Shown here one piece after another: positions 1 through 13,098 of a stretch of 64,000 bases of DNA. The notes under the pieces are model-generated. The model was not told the DNA's origin, made no database searches, and was given only the letters and a program-made list of their open reading frames with translations. The translations under genes and the position numbers were made by a program. The stretch comes from Microthyrium microscopicum. Lineage: Eukaryota. The stretch covers positions 1,949,275 to 2,013,274 of the forward strand of contig MU004234.1 in NCBI GenBank assembly GCA_010405405.1, in the 5' to 3' direction. Position 1 is the stretch's first letter; each line of letters starts with the position of its first letter.

Positions 1-53
1 AATGATCATTCTTCTTGACCTATTCATAGGTTTATGATAAATTACTAACAGAT

Positions 54-711
54 TCACGATCGACCAGCCTCCATCTCAATATACTCCAGCACGCCCTCCA
101 CCTTCCTCTTAAATTCCCCCCGTCTCAAATCCTCCTCCCGACAAGCAATCGCCATACAAACCAACGTCGAAATACTCCCAAACAGCAAAAACGCAAACAA
201 CACATCCGAAATCGCATACTGAAACCAACTAAACCCCGAATTCCAGCCCGCAGCCCCCAACAGCGCACAAAAACATATCACGTCTATCCCAATTATCCAA
301 CCAAGCACTGCCTGCCTCTTATACTCGAGGTAAGAGCCGCGCGCACAATGATATAAAGCGAAAGCGCTACCACCGAATCCGAGAATTGCCTATTGAAACT
401 ATCAGCATGATATAGGGGATATACGAGGGCATGGAAGGACGTGCGGCGATGATTTCCCATATTGGTAGTTGCACCATCCAGGGATATTCGTAGGTATTGT
501 AGTAGTCATAATCTTTGGTGATTGCTTTGCCGGGAAATAGTGTGACTGGAGACGCGAAGATGATTGTGCAGAGGATGAATACGTTGAATAGGAAGAAGAT
601 GTTGAGTTTACGGAGTAGGAGGTGGAGGGGGTGGGCGGTTGGTCGCCTCTTTTTTAGGAGGGGTCTTGATGGTAGGTCTGGGTTGATTTTGTTGTTGAAT
701 TTGCTGTCCAT
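54..711 (-). CDS. Hypothetical multi-pass membrane protein (2 exons)
   Basis: The ORF from ATG 711 (MDSKFNNK...WEIIA) joins in frame to AILGFGGSAFALYHCARG...LGWIIGIDVICF...EAGRS* across a 55-nt intron at 390-444 (GCACGT donor, GCTGAT branch, TAG acceptor). Several hydrophobic segments. Confidence 0.6.
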
Positions 712-2724
712 GGTTGCTGATGAAGGAAAGGAGCATATCACTGATTGTGGAATTGGTGGTTTTGAATTTACAGGAGATTAGAGATCACGGTTGGAGAGGA
801 AATGATGTGTACTTGAAGCTCTCATGACAATGAGTTCTGTACCTAATGAATAGCGCCTTGCAGGATTCACGATTGGCACAGCCTACTTCGTGCTTGACTG
901 CGCCGCACCGCCTGGGAGTACTTAGGACCTCTACAAGGGACATTTCGAATCTTGAGAGCTGAAGATCTTCAAACTAGCCAATGTCTTGTCGATCGAATAC
1001 TCCATATAATTGGCTTGAAGTAAGGCAGTCTCGTATTCCGAACAATTTTAGTGTCGAGGCTAGTTTCTTACCTCTTCTCGGAAATATTTGACCTTGAAGG
1101 TATTACTCTCAATTACACAAGCATAGAACACATACTTGTTTGATGATGGCGATGTATGATTCCCTTGTTTCTGAGAAAAAGGCGCTTGTAAACTTTGCAA
1201 AATGTCGGCTGTTGAAATACCGTTTACGGTGTTTGCTAACACGACAGTTGTGGGATCAATTGGTAGGATTCAGCCTACGGAGTATTCCAATAACATGCGC
1301 AAAGGTCCTTGCGATATGTGGTAGTAAGCTCAAATGCAACTGGAATAGTCCTTTGAGCATGGCTTAGATGCGAAGGTTGGTCAAGTTCGGAATGCACTGT
1401 ATCAGGTTGGCGGCCAGCCTCATGGCAAGTTGACCAATGAGCAGAGAGGATCCACGCAAGGCTGATTCCAACCTAGGCTATCCAACTTGTGACCTACCCC
1501 TAAAGCTTCAAAGTTCCTCTGTGGTACTAAATAAATTTAAGCTTATGCTTCAGATCATAACACTTATACAATAATATCATATGGCTGAAATGACCTCGCG
1601 ACCTATCTAGGGTGATCGGATGGTAAGTCGAGGCGAGGCGGCAGTCAGTGGAGGGCTATTGTAGGCGGTGTATATAGAACATCTACTTGTCTACAGCATA
1701 ACTAACTAGTTTGTATAGCTTTCGATATCATTACATTGCCACGATACATTGTTTTCACAAGCATTCATTCACTCGTTAGTTTGAAAGTATCGAAATGTTG
1801 GGGGCTTGCATATTCGAAGTTTACATAACTTAACCAGGTATTACCAATGACTCAATGTATTTCGCTAACAACTTCTACCCATAAGTCTTCACAGGTTAAC
1901 GTCTTGTCGAGTCTCGCTTTGTTAAGCTCGAGAGTTTCTCACACTGACAGAATCAATCCACGATGGTACTGGAAAGTTTATATAAGGCGGGATTGGCACA
2001 GGAATAGTTGAGCTGTATCAAAGCTCTCTTCCACAAGTAACAAGACACAAACCGACTCCCTTCAAGTTATGTGTGCTTATGAATAAATTCGAGCATTGCA
2101 ACTATTATACTTGGGTATGATTTGACTCATTTGAGTATATGGCATGAAGCAGAGTTCGAAAGTGATTGGAAAATAGCTAGATATGACACTGGCAGAAGTG
2201 TGCCATTTATACATCGACTCTGAATGTTCCATAAATATATGGAGAAATGAGGTTAAATGCACCCCTTTGGGCCAAACCACATGGCAAACTTAAACCCCAT
2301 GTTGATCCGTCCCCCAGCTCCACCTACATCATCGCTTTTCCAGGTCTTCATTGATGCGTACATGCACTTTCCACTTCCTCTCTTTCGCCCTGTTCATCAA
2401 AATATTTAACTTGTAAGCAGTGCTATCAGTTTCTCGATTGCCGACCCCTTGAACTGCTCGTATCTCTGCACCTCCTTACAATCCACCAATTGACCAGCTC
2501 TTGCCCCTCTTCTCGACCACCACCTCCAACTTTACCTGGTTTGAACCAGCCAGTTGTCTTCTCACGCTTAGTCTTTCCAAGTTGTTATCTCCAGCTTTGC
2601 ATATTGCTTCTTCAGCAAGTTCGAGAAAAGAGCTAGAGGAAGTAACTCCGAATCTAGCGATCCGTCACTGTCCAGTGCCCACCCAGCTCTAGCAACAAAT
2701 ACCGCCCAGCGCCCTCAACCCACC

Positions 2725-3171
2725 ATGTTCTCTCGCTCAACCATTTCCACTTCCCAACTTGCCGCCTCCGCCTCGAGCCGCATGGCCTACTATCGCGGCC
2801 TACGACGGTCCTGTCCACCAGGTACTCGCATTGCATCAGTAAAGCGTCAATTCCACGAGACGGCCACCACAAAATACGCTCGCAAAGACTCGCAGGATAA
2901 GGATTCCATAAAACCGGAGAGCTCAGAGTATGCGCAAGGCTCTTCCGATGATGTTGCGGCCAAGAAGGATGTCGCTTTCGATCCAAATACCACCGATCCA
3001 CATCAAGAGAAGAAAGATGCAGGCAAGGTAAGTTTGAACGGACATTACGCCTTCGCAAGGATGACACTAACAGCCAAACAGGGAGAAGAAGGCAATGCTC
3101 TGGAAAACAGTCCAGCGAACTCACACTTGGGCAAACCAAAAAAGCCAAAGGACCTTGGTCAAAAATCCTAG
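2725..3171 (+). CDS. Small hypothetical protein with mitochondrial-presequence-like N-terminus
   Basis: Arg/Ser-rich N-terminus, then an acidic/charged body (KDSQDKDSIKPESSEY...DVAFDP...GNALENSPAN). In-frame intron 3028-3081 (GTAAGT..CTAAC..CAG). Confidence 0.7.
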   Translation: MFSRSTISTSQLAASASSRMAYYRGLRRSCPPGTRIASVKRQFHETATTKYARKDSQDKDSIKPESSEYAQGSSDDVAAKKDVAFDPNTTDPHQEKKDAGKVSLNGHYAFARMTLTAKQGEEGNALENSPANSHLGKPKKPKDLGQKS

Positions 3172-3768
3172 AGTCAGCAATCTAGATCGCGCAAGACCAG
3201 ATGGAGAATACAATTAGACTCTTTACATAATGTCGCGGGTGTTTGAAGCTCTAATGTATATAGCGATGAGCATCAAGATGTGCTTCGGAGCTCGGTCAAG
3301 GTGTGTGAGGTCGCAGTAACTAAAGCGCGGGAGGCTAATAACAAAGTCCACAAGCTAGCGACTAATAATAATCCTAGAAATACAGAAAACCACGTTTCAC
3401 GAAATCAGAACTTTCAAACACAGCGATGGTTCAGTAAGCTTGAGATAAATGTGAAATGGTGGCGTCGTTGACGATCTAGAAAACGGTTAGTTCCTGACAG
3501 TCAACGGCCATTGACTAATCCCTGCAAAAAAGTTTTGAGCACGCAATTGATCAAGCACGCAATGCATCCACCGCCGTCCAGACCTCCAAATTTTTAATAT
3601 TATTTCCAAGCAGCTAGTCTTGCATTATTCTACCATTATTCTAGGACTTTAGAGCGCGTTGCCGATCTCGCCCCTCGGCTCCGTTTCTCCTCTCATTCCT
3701 ACAATTTCTCCATCTCTTTTATAACCTCTTATGCTGTAGGAAAGGAACGCATTCTTTGGCAGAACACC

Positions 3769-6700
3769 ATGTCTCCTACACATTCCAGTCTACCTTTCAA
3801 CAAGCCAGTATCGCTCAAGCAGCTCGATACTGGCAAACCCCAATATGTCACCTCTCAACTTCTCGCCCAGCAGGTAGCATATCTTTTCTCCGATAAAATC
3901 TTCACATACTCTCCAGACACATTCAACCTCGATGTCGCCTTACAACAATGGAACTCGGAAGACCAACAAAACACCTTTGGCTTCGTCCCAAGCGTCCAGG
4001 CGATGCAAACTCGACTCGGTGCCGGCTCCGCCGCTCTTGGATATATCTTTTCCTCAGACTTTGATATGAACAAGCGTCATGTTCCCCAATCAATAATAGC
4101 GTCTTCGGGAAGTTTGTTAGCGTTGCGAGGAATGCTGGATGAACTTTCGTTGTTGCATCAGTTGACCAACCCTTTCACTGCACATGTTGCTGCTGTTGAA
4201 TATGTGGCAAGTCAAGGTCTGGTGGCCGATTACTTGAAGCCAATGCAAATTGCAGACGAGTTGGGATTGGGATTGGTTGCCAGCATTTCAGCTCAGGATG
4301 CTCAACACATGGCTCTATATGCAACTGCCCTGGGAAGCGTACTACCCACTCTACATGTTTATGACGGTATTTCTGGTCAAGACACTGTTGAAGCAAAGGG
4401 AATTCTTGGAAAGAGCAACTTGAACAAGGCTTACGGATATCTCCTGGACGTAATCGAGAAGAACAATCTGGCCAAGGCGGATTACGAGCAAAAGGCAATC
4501 GTTACATTGCAAGGACTCAACAAGGTGCTGAAGACCAAGTACGAGCCTTTTGAGTATACTGGCCATGCTCAAGCCGAGCGGGTTTTTGTCACCTTCGGAT
4601 CCAGGGAAGCTGCAATCACCAAGCAAATAGTTGCAAATTTGTCCAAAAATGGTGCCAAAGTTGGTGTCGTCAATGTTCGTGTCTATCGACCATTCATCGA
4701 GGACAAGTTTCTGGAAACTCTTCCAAAATCTACCCAAAGCATTGAAGTTCTTGGCCAGGTTGATGATGAAGTATTGGTCCAAGATTCAGATTTCCACTCG
4801 ACTTTGTATCAAGACGTACTTGCAGCCTCCTTCACCAGTGACTTGACCGTCAATGATCTAAAATACCCAAAGCATCAGGCTTGGGGCGATGCTGAATACG
4901 TCAAGCTCGTGGAAGTGATTTCTGGATCGCCTGATCATGAGCTTACGCCGAATGAAGGCGTTCTTCAGGCTTCCATCTGGACTTTGGACAACTCACCTGT
5001 TGGAAAGACCGATACTGACATTTTCACGTATCTCACCAAATTCAAAGGGGGCCGAGTACATATTCGCAACACTCATGACAATCTCGTTCAAGGCGGTGTC
5101 TCTCGTACAGACATTGCCATTGGATTTGGGAAAGCAGACGAGATTACTGGACCATTCGCCGCAAATATAGCCTATGTTGGATCTGAAAAGATTTTGAGCG
5201 AAGTCGATGTGCTGCAGAGTGTCCGAGCAGGCGGAACAGTTATACTATCGCTTGCGGGAGTTAAGGATGAAGATTTGGAGAAGAAACTGCCGGAGGTTGT
5301 CCGGAACACCATCAGAAGCAAGAATCTCCGTCTAATCGTACTCGATTCAGCCGATGCCGCCATTTCTGGGGATGCCAATATCGAAACCTCAATCGTGCAC
5401 GAAACCATTCAGGATATTCTTGTTTCTTCACACAAGTCAACTGCAGACGCTGAACTGCGTGGCGGCCTTCGCCTAGTTGCGGTTGCAGAAGACTGGGAGA
5501 TTGTCAGCGAAGATACTAAGAAGATTTCGCTGAGATCAGCGCTCAAGCAAACGTCCTTCGCTCCATATGAACAGGTTGCAGATGATACATCCTCACTTCT
5601 CGAGGACTGGATCAAGGCTGCTCAGGGGATCGTCTTCAAGGAAGTTTATGATACCAAGGTATCTCTGCATCCGGAGGCAGGTGTTAAGACGTCGGTCGTT
5701 ACGGTCAAGGAGCATCGTCGGTTGACTCCAATGTCGTATGAACGTAACGTCTTCCATATCGAATTTGATTTGGGTGACTCGGGACTCACCTATGCCATTG
5801 GTGAAGCTCTTGGTATCCACGCTGAAAATGATCCCACCGAGATCCAAGAGTTCATCAAATGGTACGGCCTCAACCCGGATGAGATCGTCCAAGTTCCTAG
5901 CAAGGAAGATCACTCCATTCTCGAGAACCGCACCGTCTACCAAGCACTTATCCAGAGCGTCGACATCTTTGGCCGCCCACCAAAGCGCTTCTATGAAGCG
6001 CTTGCCGACTACGCCACCAACGAAGACGACCAAAAGAATCTCCTCACCCTCAGCACTCCCATGGGTGCCACAGAATTCAAGCGTCGCGCAGAAGTAGACA
6101 CTATCACCTTCGCCGACATCCTCGCCGAATTCCCATCCGCGCACCCAGAATTTCAAGATCTCATTCGCATAGTGTCACCCCTCAAGCGCCGCGAGTACTC
6201 CATCGCGTCCAGTCAACACGTCACACCCACTTCCGTCGCCCTCCTCATCGTCACCGTCAATTGGAACGACCCCAAAGGCCGCGACCGCTTCGGTCTTGCC
6301 ACACGCTTCCTCAACAACCTGCGTGTTGGTACTCCCGTGACCGTCAGCGTCAAGCCATCCGTCATGAAACTGCCAACATCCACCACCGCGCCAATCCTCA
6401 TGGCCGGTCTCGGCACCGGACTCGCACCCTTCCGCGCTTTCGTCCAAGAACGCGCCTACCAAAAGCAAGTCCTCAAGCAGCCCATCGGAGCCGTCCTCCT
6501 CTATCTAGGCTCACGACACCAGCGTGAAGAGTATTTGTACGGTGAGGAGTGGGAGGCGTATCAGGCGGCCGGTATCATCACGTTGATTGGCAAGGCGTTT
6601 AGTCGCGATCAGCCACAGAAGATCTATATCCAGGATCGTATGCGGGAAAGCTTGGAGGAGATTAGACAGTCGTATCTACGAGATGATGGTAGTTTCTATC

Positions 6701-6855
6701 TATGTGGGCCGACGTGGCCGGTGCCAGATGTCACGGAGGTTTTGGAGCAGGCTGTGGTGGAGGAGTCGAAGAGCAAAGGGGTGAAGAAGGTTGATTCTAG
6801 ACGGGAGATTGAGACTTTGAAGGAGGCTGGGCGCTTTGTGTTGGAGGTTTATTAA
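3769..6855 (+). CDS. MET10: Sulfite reductase [NADPH] flavoprotein (alpha) subunit
   Basis: 1028-aa ORF with a PFOR-like N-terminal region (VNVRVYRPF), FAD-binding domain (RREYSIASS) and NADPH domain (MAGLGTGLAPFRAF, FYLCGPTWPVPDV, C-terminal VLEVY). Confidence 0.95.
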   Translation: MSPTHSSLPFNKPVSLKQLDTGKPQYVTSQLLAQQVAYLFSDKIFTYSPDTFNLDVALQQWNSEDQQNTFGFVPSVQAMQTRLGAGSAALGYIFSSDFDMNKRHVPQSIIASSGSLLALRGMLDELSLLHQLTNPFTAHVAAVEYVASQGLVADYLKPMQIADELGLGLVASISAQDAQHMALYATALGSVLPTLHVYDGISGQDTVEAKGILGKSNLNKAYGYLLDVIEKNNLAKADYEQKAIVTLQGLNKVLKTKYEPFEYTGHAQAERVFVTFGSREAAITKQIVANLSKNGAKVGVVNVRVYRPFIEDKFLETLPKSTQSIEVLGQVDDEVLVQDSDFHSTLYQDVLAASFTSDLTVNDLKYPKHQAWGDAEYVKLVEVISGSPDHELTPNEGVLQASIWTLDNSPVGKTDTDIFTYLTKFKGGRVHIRNTHDNLVQGGVSRTDIAIGFGKADEITGPFAANIAYVGSEKILSEVDVLQSVRAGGTVILSLAGVKDEDLEKKLPEVVRNTIRSKNLRLIVLDSADAAISGDANIETSIVHETIQDILVSSHKSTADAELRGGLRLVAVAEDWEIVSEDTKKISLRSALKQTSFAPYEQVADDTSSLLEDWIKAAQGIVFKEVYDTKVSLHPEAGVKTSVVTVKEHRRLTPMSYERNVFHIEFDLGDSGLTYAIGEALGIHAENDPTEIQEFIKWYGLNPDEIVQVPSKEDHSILENRTVYQALIQSVDIFGRPPKRFYEALADYATNEDDQKNLLTLSTPMGATEFKRRAEVDTITFADILAEFPSAHPEFQDLIRIVSPLKRREYSIASSQHVTPTSVALLIVTVNWNDPKGRDRFGLATRFLNNLRVGTPVTVSVKPSVMKLPTSTTAPILMAGLGTGLAPFRAFVQERAYQKQVLKQPIGAVLLYLGSRHQREEYLYGEEWEAYQAAGIITLIGKAFSRDQPQKIYIQDRMRESLEEIRQSYLRDDGSFYLCGPTWPVPDVTEVLEQAVVEESKSKGVKKVDSRREIETLKEAGRFVLEVY

Positions 6856-7346
6856 ACTTGATGGTTATATGTTGTGGATTCAAAATGGTCAGAGCAAAAT
6901 ACACAGTAATAGACTTCTTATCCTTAATATTTGCTGTACCTGTTCCTTAAGTTCAGAAAGCTGTCAAGGCTGTCAAGTTTCTATAAGTTCTAGACTCCGA
7001 TGAGCGGCATGTATTTATTTAGAAGCCCGGGTCCTTGGTAGGATTACCTGATACCAGAGAATAGAGTGCCCAATATCCCATCTTCTAATCGTATATTAAA
7101 GAACATTCTACGACATCACGCTAAGCCCTACACAGCACCATACAAATCTAAAAGAGAAACCAATCAACCTCATCCGGTTTTGGTAGCGAGAAAGAAAAAA
7201 CACAACTACCGAGGAAGCATGTCGCAAAGTCCATATTTGTCTATAACTGCGATCTGTATAATTTGTTCAAGAAGGCAGTGTGTCCCAGCGTAGTGGAGAT
7301 ATTCTAGACAGCTCAGTTACTTTTTCACTTTGTAAATCTAATAATC

Positions 7347-8300
7347 ATGAAGACATTCGCTTATTTCCTTCTTTCTGGTCTTGCGGTGGCACAGGGCAGC
7401 ACGTCTGCAGATTGTCCCAAGTTGCCAGGCGGTGTTGTGATGGGCGTGCCTGTTCCTATGGTGAAGGAACATATCCCGACTGGATGTGCGGATCTTGAGA
7501 TTTTGGTTGGTTAGTGGTTTTGCCTATTCTTTATTTTTGTTTGGAGGGTTCTAATATGATGCAGCTAGAGGCACCAGTGAGCCTGATTATAAGGAAGGAA
7601 ATGGAAAGTTCGGCGTGATAATCGGTGGTGAGTACTGAGTAACATGAGATATCATTCTTTGGATACGATCGTATTGACACTGGTATTAGACCCATTGATC
7701 GGCAATCTTACGAAGACTCTTACTGGCGCTCGAGGATATCCAGTTCAGGTATGTGTCAATTTTCTAAGCTCAAGAATCCTGGCTTACTCTCAAGTAGTAC
7801 CCAGCCAGCAATCAGACCGGCGGTATTGTCCAAGGAGGCCTTGATGTCGCAGACCGCCTCAAGAAAATGAGCACCGAATGCCCCAAGATGAAATTCGTTC
7901 TAGTCGGCTACTCTCAAGGAGCTGCAGTAATGCACGCCGCGACAAACAAAAGGATTCCTGAAGAACTCTACAGCAAAATCATTGCTTTAGTGATGTACGG
8001 AGATCCAGTGTTCAAAATGAGTGCCATTCCCGCATTCCCAGCAGCTCTACAAAGCAAGCTTCTTGAAAACTGCGCCGTGGGCGATTCCGTAAGTCTTCAT
8101 AAGCTTGTGGTATGCGATTAGGAATCTCTCTGACAGGTCTGACATAGGTTTGCGATAAGACTGGTTGTTTCTTCTATCATCTTCAGTATATCCGGCAGAC
8201 ATGGGTTGATAAATCGATCAAGTTTATTACTGCTGCGTTCAATGGTTCTCCGATGCCGGCGAAGACCAGTGGAACAGGGCTCAATAATGATGGGAAATAA
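7347..8300 (+). CDS. Secreted cutinase (CE5), 5 exons
   Basis: Signal peptide MKTFAYFLLSGLAVA, ARGTSEP motif, nucleophile GYSQG, then CAVGDSVCD and downstream His (FYHLQY). Four GT-AG introns keep the frame. Confidence 0.9.
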
Positions 8301-9402
8301 GGCTGAGGTGGAAATAATGGGCGACTGAGTCGTGATAATGCAAGTAAGACAAGATCAAAAGGGTGATCCTGCTTGAAAGCATGGTTGGAGTTCTGTACTT
8401 ATCTTAATACAGCACTTTGTATTACTGTCCAGAACTTAGAAGTAGAATCTAGAAACAAACTCTAAGATATTTCCAAGTAGCTTGTCTCTGCTTAGTGTAG
8501 TCAGCATTTGGCTCCAACGATCGTTAGCTCGAAGTGTAAACATTGCGCAATGCCACGGCCACAATATTGTTCCCGAGACTATCAGCCGTCAATTGACGAT
8601 CAGATATCTTCCCCGCCTTGATATGCATCTGGCAGAAAGTAGTTCTCCTAGAAGCAAGCACGAACGTGGAAAGGTGCTGTGGAAGATGGAAGTCTTCCAC
8701 GTTTCCCATCCTCAGGAAGTTCAACCCCCGCCTCGTCGTACCATGTAAGTTGTAACTTGTGGGTGTCAATAACGGTATAGCGTGAACTTGGTATCGCATC
8801 TAACTGGTCAGGCGTGGTCCAGTTCTTGCGGAACCGCAATCGTGGCGCATTTGATGCACGACACTCGGTTCTTGCCGTTGAACACGAGCCAATGCTAGAC
8901 TCAAACAGCCAATTAAAATGAAGCAAATTCATTCTTTTGTTGGAGTTTTTGATCTACCACTGCGGAACTGTTCCGATTTTGCACGACGAGCAAACGACGA
9001 GTGAACTCGGCGCGCCTGGTCAGATGAGGCTGGTATATTTCAACCTGCTAACTCGCTCGAGGTTTAGTGACTTCATCATACAGCTTCTACGATGAACGCG
9101 GCTGTTTTCATTTGTTGAACGCAACTGGCAAGCTGTACCTTCATTCTTCAGACCTGAACCATGATAGGTCCGGTTTGCATCAGAGCATCAAATACAACAA
9201 CAATGACGATACAACATTGCCACGCAAGTATTCTCAAAAAGAGATGCATTATCGAGGGCGACATCAAGCAGCCAGTAAGGTACCTCCTGAGTCCAACAGA
9301 CCCGACTGCTGTTAGCGAAACTGGCGTCTGAATCCTCTTCCGACCTGTCAATCTGGAAATGCAGGGACGTGTCTATTGTTCTTCCTTTACGGATCCGCAA
9401 TG

Positions 9403-9762
9403 CTGGGGCCCCGCATTCTTCTCCAGACTTTCAAGACGTTAGTATAGAGATCCCCAGATTGCGTCTCCGCAGTTTTCCGTGTGACATGTATTCGAGAAGG
9501 GCAAGGTGGTTGGCAGTGGGGAAGTAAAGGACTAGCTGTTCAGGATGCATGAGGTTGTGAACTGGTTCATGAAGTTGATGTGATACAGGTATGGAGAGAT
9601 GTTGGCTTGCCGCGAAAATGATCCGGCGTAAACTTGGCCGCTTATAGTTCTGTAAGCGTACTACTATTGGCGTTCATTTATATGCAAAGCATGCTTTAGG
9701 ATGGCAGCCCGGGTTTTATCCCTGCTTGGGTTATTTCCCCCAGCGGCCATCGTGGTCCCCGC
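9403..9762. promoter_or_regulatory. Cluster of CreA/Mig1-type SYGGRG sites upstream of facB
   Basis: Eight matches on both strands at 9403, 9409, 9421, 9452, 9465, 9516, 9738 and 9757, including the back-to-back pair CTGGGG/CCCCGC. Confidence 0.55.
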
Positions 9763-9987
9763 AAAATCTCATATGCACTAGTGGGTGGTCACATTCCCTT
9801 TGGCTTTTGCCATTTAATATAGTGGCTGTCGCTGCATGAACCAGGTTGCTCGTGTGTTTCTTTTCCTCTCCACTCTTCGTATGCTTTTAAACCTTGATGA
9901 TAGTAAACACTGAACATTCTTGAGTTTGGTGAAATGCTACCTGGTCTATAAACAACTTGGTCTTGAACAGACTGATCGTCATCCATC

Positions 9988-12938
9988 ATGCCTGGAATAT
10001 TACCCATGAAAGTGATCAAGGTGGGCTCAAATGCTCAACCGAGAATCGCACAGGCTTGGTTTGTGCCCGGATGAAAACGTCTGCCGAAAATAGCTCTGTT
10101 TCTGACCATTGTAGTGATCGATGCCGTTCGAAAAAGATACGATGTGATGGAATTCGACCGTAAGAGGACTCTTCAGACAACACTGGACATTCTCTGACCT
10201 TTTATTACAGGAGTTGTACCCAGTGTCTTAACGTTGGGTTTGAATGCAAAACCTCGGATAGACTTTCAAGACGCGCTTTCCCGCGTGGTGAGCTGCAGCT
10301 GGAAATCGATCGTGGACATTTTTAACATGTGATAGGTTATACCGAATCACTGGAAGAACGAGTCCGAGCACTGGAATCCGAAGTACGAGAATTAAAGTCT
10401 TTATTAGATGAGAAAGAAGAAAAACTCGACATTCTCTCACGATGTCAATCTGGATCTTCGCAATCTTTTCCTTCTCCTAAACAGTCACATTCTACCTCTC
10501 CGTTATCCTCGGCATGCACGGAACGACACAGCCTCGATGAAGCCGACACTTTCAAAGTCGCACAATCGCCAATTCTCGTCCATGAATCAAAACCAAATAC
10601 ATATTTTATGGGAACTTCCAGTGGAAGAGCCTTGATTTGTGAGTAATTCACGCCTTCCAATTTGCTCGGAACTGACATTCTGTGATTAGGCGCACTGAAG
10701 CGCAAAGTACAGGAACATGGAAAAGCCTCCGATCCAATTGATGTCAATGCCTTCTTTGCTCTACCCAGTGAAAAGGGCTCAGATGCTACAGATCCAACTT
10801 CAATGTGCAATCCACCGCCTCGCATGTTGACTGACAGGTTCATCAACATTTTCTTCCAAGAATTTGCGCCAATGCTACCTATTTTACATCGCGGGTCATT
10901 CTTGAAAGTGTATAAAGAATACATCGACTCCCCAGAGATCGCTAGAGACAATCGACATGTTGCACAACTATTTCTTGTTTTCGGAATTGCTGCGCTATCG
11001 AAACAGTCTGGAGCTGGGCACAATGACATTGAGGCTTGCGAATCGCAATTCAGGCTATCTCTGGACTCATTCACGACCGACGAGACTCTTTTCTCTGTCC
11101 AATGTCTGACTCTGGCATCTCTATACTTTATGATCAAGGCTGATTATGCCTCCATGCTCAAGTATAAGGGACACGCTGTGAGCCTCGCTCAGAGACTGGG
11201 ACTTCACCAGGCGCAAAAGAGATTCACATTTGATCCATCGACGTCGGAGATGAGAAAGAAGGTATTCTGGTCGCTTTTCACGATTGACTGGTAAGATAGC
11301 GATATGGACAGGTGAAGTGTGTGTATACTGACTGGGTTATAGCTTCGCTGCAGCACATCTTGGATTGCCAACTTCCATGTCCGAAACAGACGTCTATTGC
11401 GAACTTCCAGTTGATGCGGACGAAGAATACATTACGGAAAAGGGATTCCTGCCAACTTTGCCGGGCGAATCGACGAAGATCTCCTCTGCCCTCGCATTGT
11501 TCCGACTGGCTCAGATCATGTCCAAAATTCTCAAGGAGCTCTATCCCTCAGCAGCGTCATATGAGCTCTCATTTCGAAAGATTGGCGCTCTACAAGATGA
11601 GTTGGAGAATTATCTGACGCATCTTGCACCCCATCTACGTCTACATTTCGACAACGATAAGCCGAGTACTCGAATAGTCTCGGATCGGTCCCCATTACTT
11701 GTAAGTTTGAGAATGAACTGAACGAGGAACATAAGCTAACACAGAACCAGTCTCTGGCCTATCAATATACCCACACCCTCATTTCTAGACCCGCCGTCCT
11801 TGCAACGAGCTCCTCACAAACTCGATCCACCCCGTCTATCATCAGCCTTGCTTCCGCCTCAAAACGTATGATACAAATTGTCGACTTACTACGCGAACGT
11901 AGCATGGCATTTGCATTTTGCCTTAACGAGAACGAGGTTCTTCTACAAGCAGCTTTTGGCCTTCTATTCGAAACGCTGGAACTCGGCCCAGAGAGTGCAG
12001 TACACAAAGACGATGCTAAACTAATGGCTGTGATCACACAGATACTCGAAGAGAATAATTTTCCAGGTTTGGAAGAGTTCAGAAAGATTCTTGACATTCT
12101 ATTGAAAAACAAAAATTCAACTGAGAACTCTGAATCGAGTCGACGACCTAAAACAAAACGAGGATTGAAAGCCTTTGCATCACGATTAACTGGCTCTTCA
12201 CAGAAGACTTCGAATCAGGACGAGAGAAGGGGTACATATCCATATCTAACATCCCCACATCTCGGACAACATGGAGAGGGTCATGCTGGAATGCAGGGTA
12301 CTCCACTGTTTGCACGATCTGAGCCAGCATTGTCTCCCCCACAACCTTTTCTCAAGCCCCAGATACCGAGGCAAGCTCGGCGAAGCATGGCGCTCAACGG
12401 CGCATCAGCTCAATTTGCACGTGCATCTTTAAGAACTCCGGCCCTCCCTCCCGCACTCTCTAGCAATGAAGAAGTGTCGAGTCCTGCTGACTGGGAGAGA
12501 CTTCTTTCCAACCTGGACAGTGGACAGGCCAATATCCACGATGGCATATATGGTGGCACGGGTGGCACTGGCGGCTACCCTCCTAGCCTGGGCGACTACT
12601 CCAGTCTCGAGTCATCGAGTCCAAAGGGTATCATGCCCGCGTGTATGAACGATTGCACACATGGCATGGACTCTTCAAAATCACCGATGCCAGAATACTG
12701 GGCTGGCTCTGATTTCCGATTATCCAATATCCATGTGCCGCAAAGTGTCATGAGTTTTACGAGTGATGAAACGCCAACCAGTATTGATGAGTTGGCTGAG
12801 ATGAATTTCTCTCCACAGAACATGGAGAATGCATTTGGAAAAGCTATTCTTATTCCTGGCGTTGATTCGTCGAGTGCTATGGATCCTTTGAGCGAAATGA
12901 ATCTGTTTGCTGGTTTGGATATGGGATTCGAGGTTTGA
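9988..12938 (+). CDS. facB: Zn2Cys6 transcription factor, acetate-utilisation regulator FacB/Acu-15 (Cat8/Sip4-like)
   Basis: Spliced N-terminus [78 protein letters not shown] matches FacB as I recall it. Fungal TF middle homology region (AQRLGLHQ, EMRKKVFW). Confidence 0.92.
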
Positions 12939-13098
12939 TGATACTGGCGTGTGTTGATTCATGTTTGCGAAATGATGCTTTCCGAGTTCAATATCCCGTC
13001 GCTATTGCGAGAACCTTAGTTCAGTACTTTTAGTTCTAGGCCTGACTGTCATTAACAGTCGTTAAGGAAATATGATATCCTTGTAAGAAAAAAAGACT

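Noticed and set aside
800..2300. Short ORFs and a possible decayed spliced gene
   Set aside because: No recognisable domain or consistent exon chain.
3028..3081. Stop-free 3n intron that could be retained (also CDK1 intron 1 and the last MFS intron)
   Set aside because: Expected by chance among many short introns; splice signals are canonical.
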